From: Opitutales bacterium
GTDB lineage: Bacteria; Verrucomicrobiota; Verrucomicrobiia; Opitutales; Coraliomargaritaceae
Length of the DNA: 64,000 bases
Reading direction: 5' to 3'
Assembly (NCBI GenBank): GCA_049598495.1
Contig: JBMYNR010000002.1
Coordinates: 1 to 64,000, forward strand
Position 1 is the first letter of the stretch. Each line of letters starts with the position of its first letter. Position numbers and translations under genes: made by a program. This document shows positions 62,461 to 64,000 of this stretch, in pieces. The notes beneath the pieces are model-generated. The model worked only from the letters and a program-made list of their open reading frames with translations, ran no database searches and was not told where the DNA came from.

Positions 62461-64000
62461 CTAGTCCGTCTTCACGACAACCCGGAATCCAGTCAGGCGA
62501 TTGCGCCCTCCCCGCGGCGCGTCCCGAATCGGGACAGTGAAGATGGCCTCCAGCCTGTCTTGAGCGTGACCTCCAATTTGCTTCGCCCCCTCTGATTCAT
62601 AGCGGTCGACCGACTCGAGCCACTCGCTTACATTGCCAAGCAAATCGAAAAATCCACTGGCGAAGGGCTCCTTGGAGCCGACGGGTTGCGGCACCCCCTT
62701 CGAATTGGATGCACTCCAGACGTGGTTCTCCAGCACAACATAACGAAGCCGGCCAAGCGCTAGACGAAATTCATTCTCGGTCGGCAATCGCACCGGCTTG
62801 CCCAATATCCACGAAAGACGCTGACAGAACTTTTTCGCGTCCATCCAGCTGACGGAGTCAACCGGACGGAGGTCCCCTTGGTTGCGGCTCGGGTTTATTC
62901 CCATGATTAGTGAGTAGAGCGCCTGCGACACTTCCATTCGCAACATGCGCCAGCCATCTGTTTCGGGCACGGGTATAAGCGCATCGTAAATACGGTCTTG
63001 AATGAACCCGAGATCATTCTGAAGGAGATTCAGATAGCGCACTTTCGACTCCAAGTCCTGGTCATTGAGCAAGCTCCGCGGAAACGCCTCCTGCATTTGC
63101 TTCATATCGCTGCGGAGTGTCGCAATCACTTCGACTGCTTCGTAGGTCTGCCGCTCCGCGAGAAGCTTCTGCATAAGATCGTGATTGTTTTCCATTTGGA
63201 TGCCCAAATCGAAACTCTCCGCGGTCTGGCTCTTACGTTGATACTCAATCAGGCGCTCCGATGAAGCATAGGGGCTATCCTTATAGTCTTCATTCAACTG
63301 CCGCTGCAATCGGGCGGCCTCTTGGTATAAGGCGGCAGCCTCCAAGTGCTCATTATTGATAAGTTTTTGATCTGCCAACTTCGCAACACGCTGCACTTCG
63401 AGGCGACTCTGCCGGGAACGAATCTCAACAAGCTTGCGCTCCAGGCGCTTAAGCCGGGGCACGCTGGTTTGATTTGCGCCACGATACTGGCGGTTCAGAT
63501 TATCTTGAATCTGGATTGCCTCCCGCAAGTGCTCCTTCGCCTGCTCCCAGTCCTGCGCATGGATAAAATCATCCGCTTCATTCTCGAGAGCCAGGCTTCG
63601 CCGGAGCAATGGCTCTGCTGCCAAATAGCGCACCTGTCGGTCGAGACGTGCGGCACGCCCTACGCTGTAAGAGCGACTCAATGGATAATCTTCATTGATC
63701 TGATTCTGCCTGGCGTAGGCATCGCGATACTTCCCCCGGGCGGCTTCAAAGTTTTCCGCAGCGGCCAGGGCCTCACCCTGTAATTCCAACTCCAGGCTTT
63801 CGTTTTCGAGGATTTGGGCCGCCAAATCCTGATATCTTTGCTCCAGATGCACCTGCCGATTATGGCCTTGTGAGTCCACACCGGCGAAGGCATCCAAATA
63901 AGCCTTCTGCTTGTCCAATGCCTGCTTGAGCAAAATGATATCCTCGGAGCGCGCCTCACGGATCGCCAGGATCTCCTCGAACTGTGCCTCCAGTTCGATG
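62461..64000 (-). CDS. Helical-repeat protein with C-terminal FGE-sulfatase (SUMF1) domain, 5' end outside window
   Basis: PVDSVSWMDAKKFC, RLPTENE, DLLGNVSEW, GFRVV. Confidence 0.88.
   Translation of the reverse strand, partial: IELEAQFEEILAIREARSEDIILLKQALDKQKAYLDAFAGVDSQGHNRQVHLEQRYQDLAAQILENESLELELQGEALAAAENFEAARGKYRDAYARQNQINEDYPLSRSYSVGRAARLDRQVRYLAAEPLLRRSLALENEADDFIHAQDWEQAKEHLREAIQIQDNLNRQYRGANQTSVPRLKRLERKLVEIRSRQSRLEVQRVAKLADQKLINNEHLEAAALYQEAARLQRQLNEDYKDSPYASSERLIEYQRKSQTAESFDLGIQMENNHDLMQKLLAERQTYEAVEVIATLRSDMKQMQEAFPRSLLNDQDLESKVRYLNLLQNDLGFIQDRIYDALIPVPETDGWRMLRMEVSQALYSLIMGINPSRNQGDLRPVDSVSWMDAKKFCQRLSWILGKPVRLPTENEFRLALGRLRYVVLENHVWSASNSKGVPQPVGSKEPFASGFFDLLGNVSEWLESVDRYESEGAKQIGGHAQDRLEAIFTVPIRDAPRGGRNRLTGFRVVVKTD

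Overview
Bacterial chromosome segment, most likely Verrucomicrobiota/Opitutae (inferred from PEP-CTERM proteins and gene content, not from a search). The housekeeping backbone comprises metK-ahcY, lptB-hprK, dnaA without an adjacent dnaN, secA, thrH, pnuC/NadR-like, mutS, ftsK, slyD, glnD and a GAF histidine kinase. From about 28.4 to 52.5 kb lies an apparent phosphate-starvation island: a six-gene TonB2/TtpC-type system, a TonB-dependent receptor with a beta-helix secreted protein and a PEP-CTERM protein, a PiT-like permease and pstSCAB-phoU. Most of its promoters carry 11-bp-spaced Pho-box-like hexamers. Mobile traces are abundant: an IS630 end, an internally deleted IS1182-family element nested in a MITE, three MITE families (one ERIC-like), REP palindromes and an inverted-repeat-flanked GxxExxY gene. 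A RAYT/Y1 transposase has an end that forms chimeric tandem repeats with a truncated neighbouring gene. A Y-family polymerase sits between mutS and a diverged duplicate of the mutS 3' end. There are three VapBC pairs. By eye, the + strand switches from G-rich to C-rich near 13.6-14.5 kb, which is terminus-like polarity just downstream of dnaA. No rRNA, tRNA or CRISPR array was recognised. All family calls are from motif recognition without database searches.
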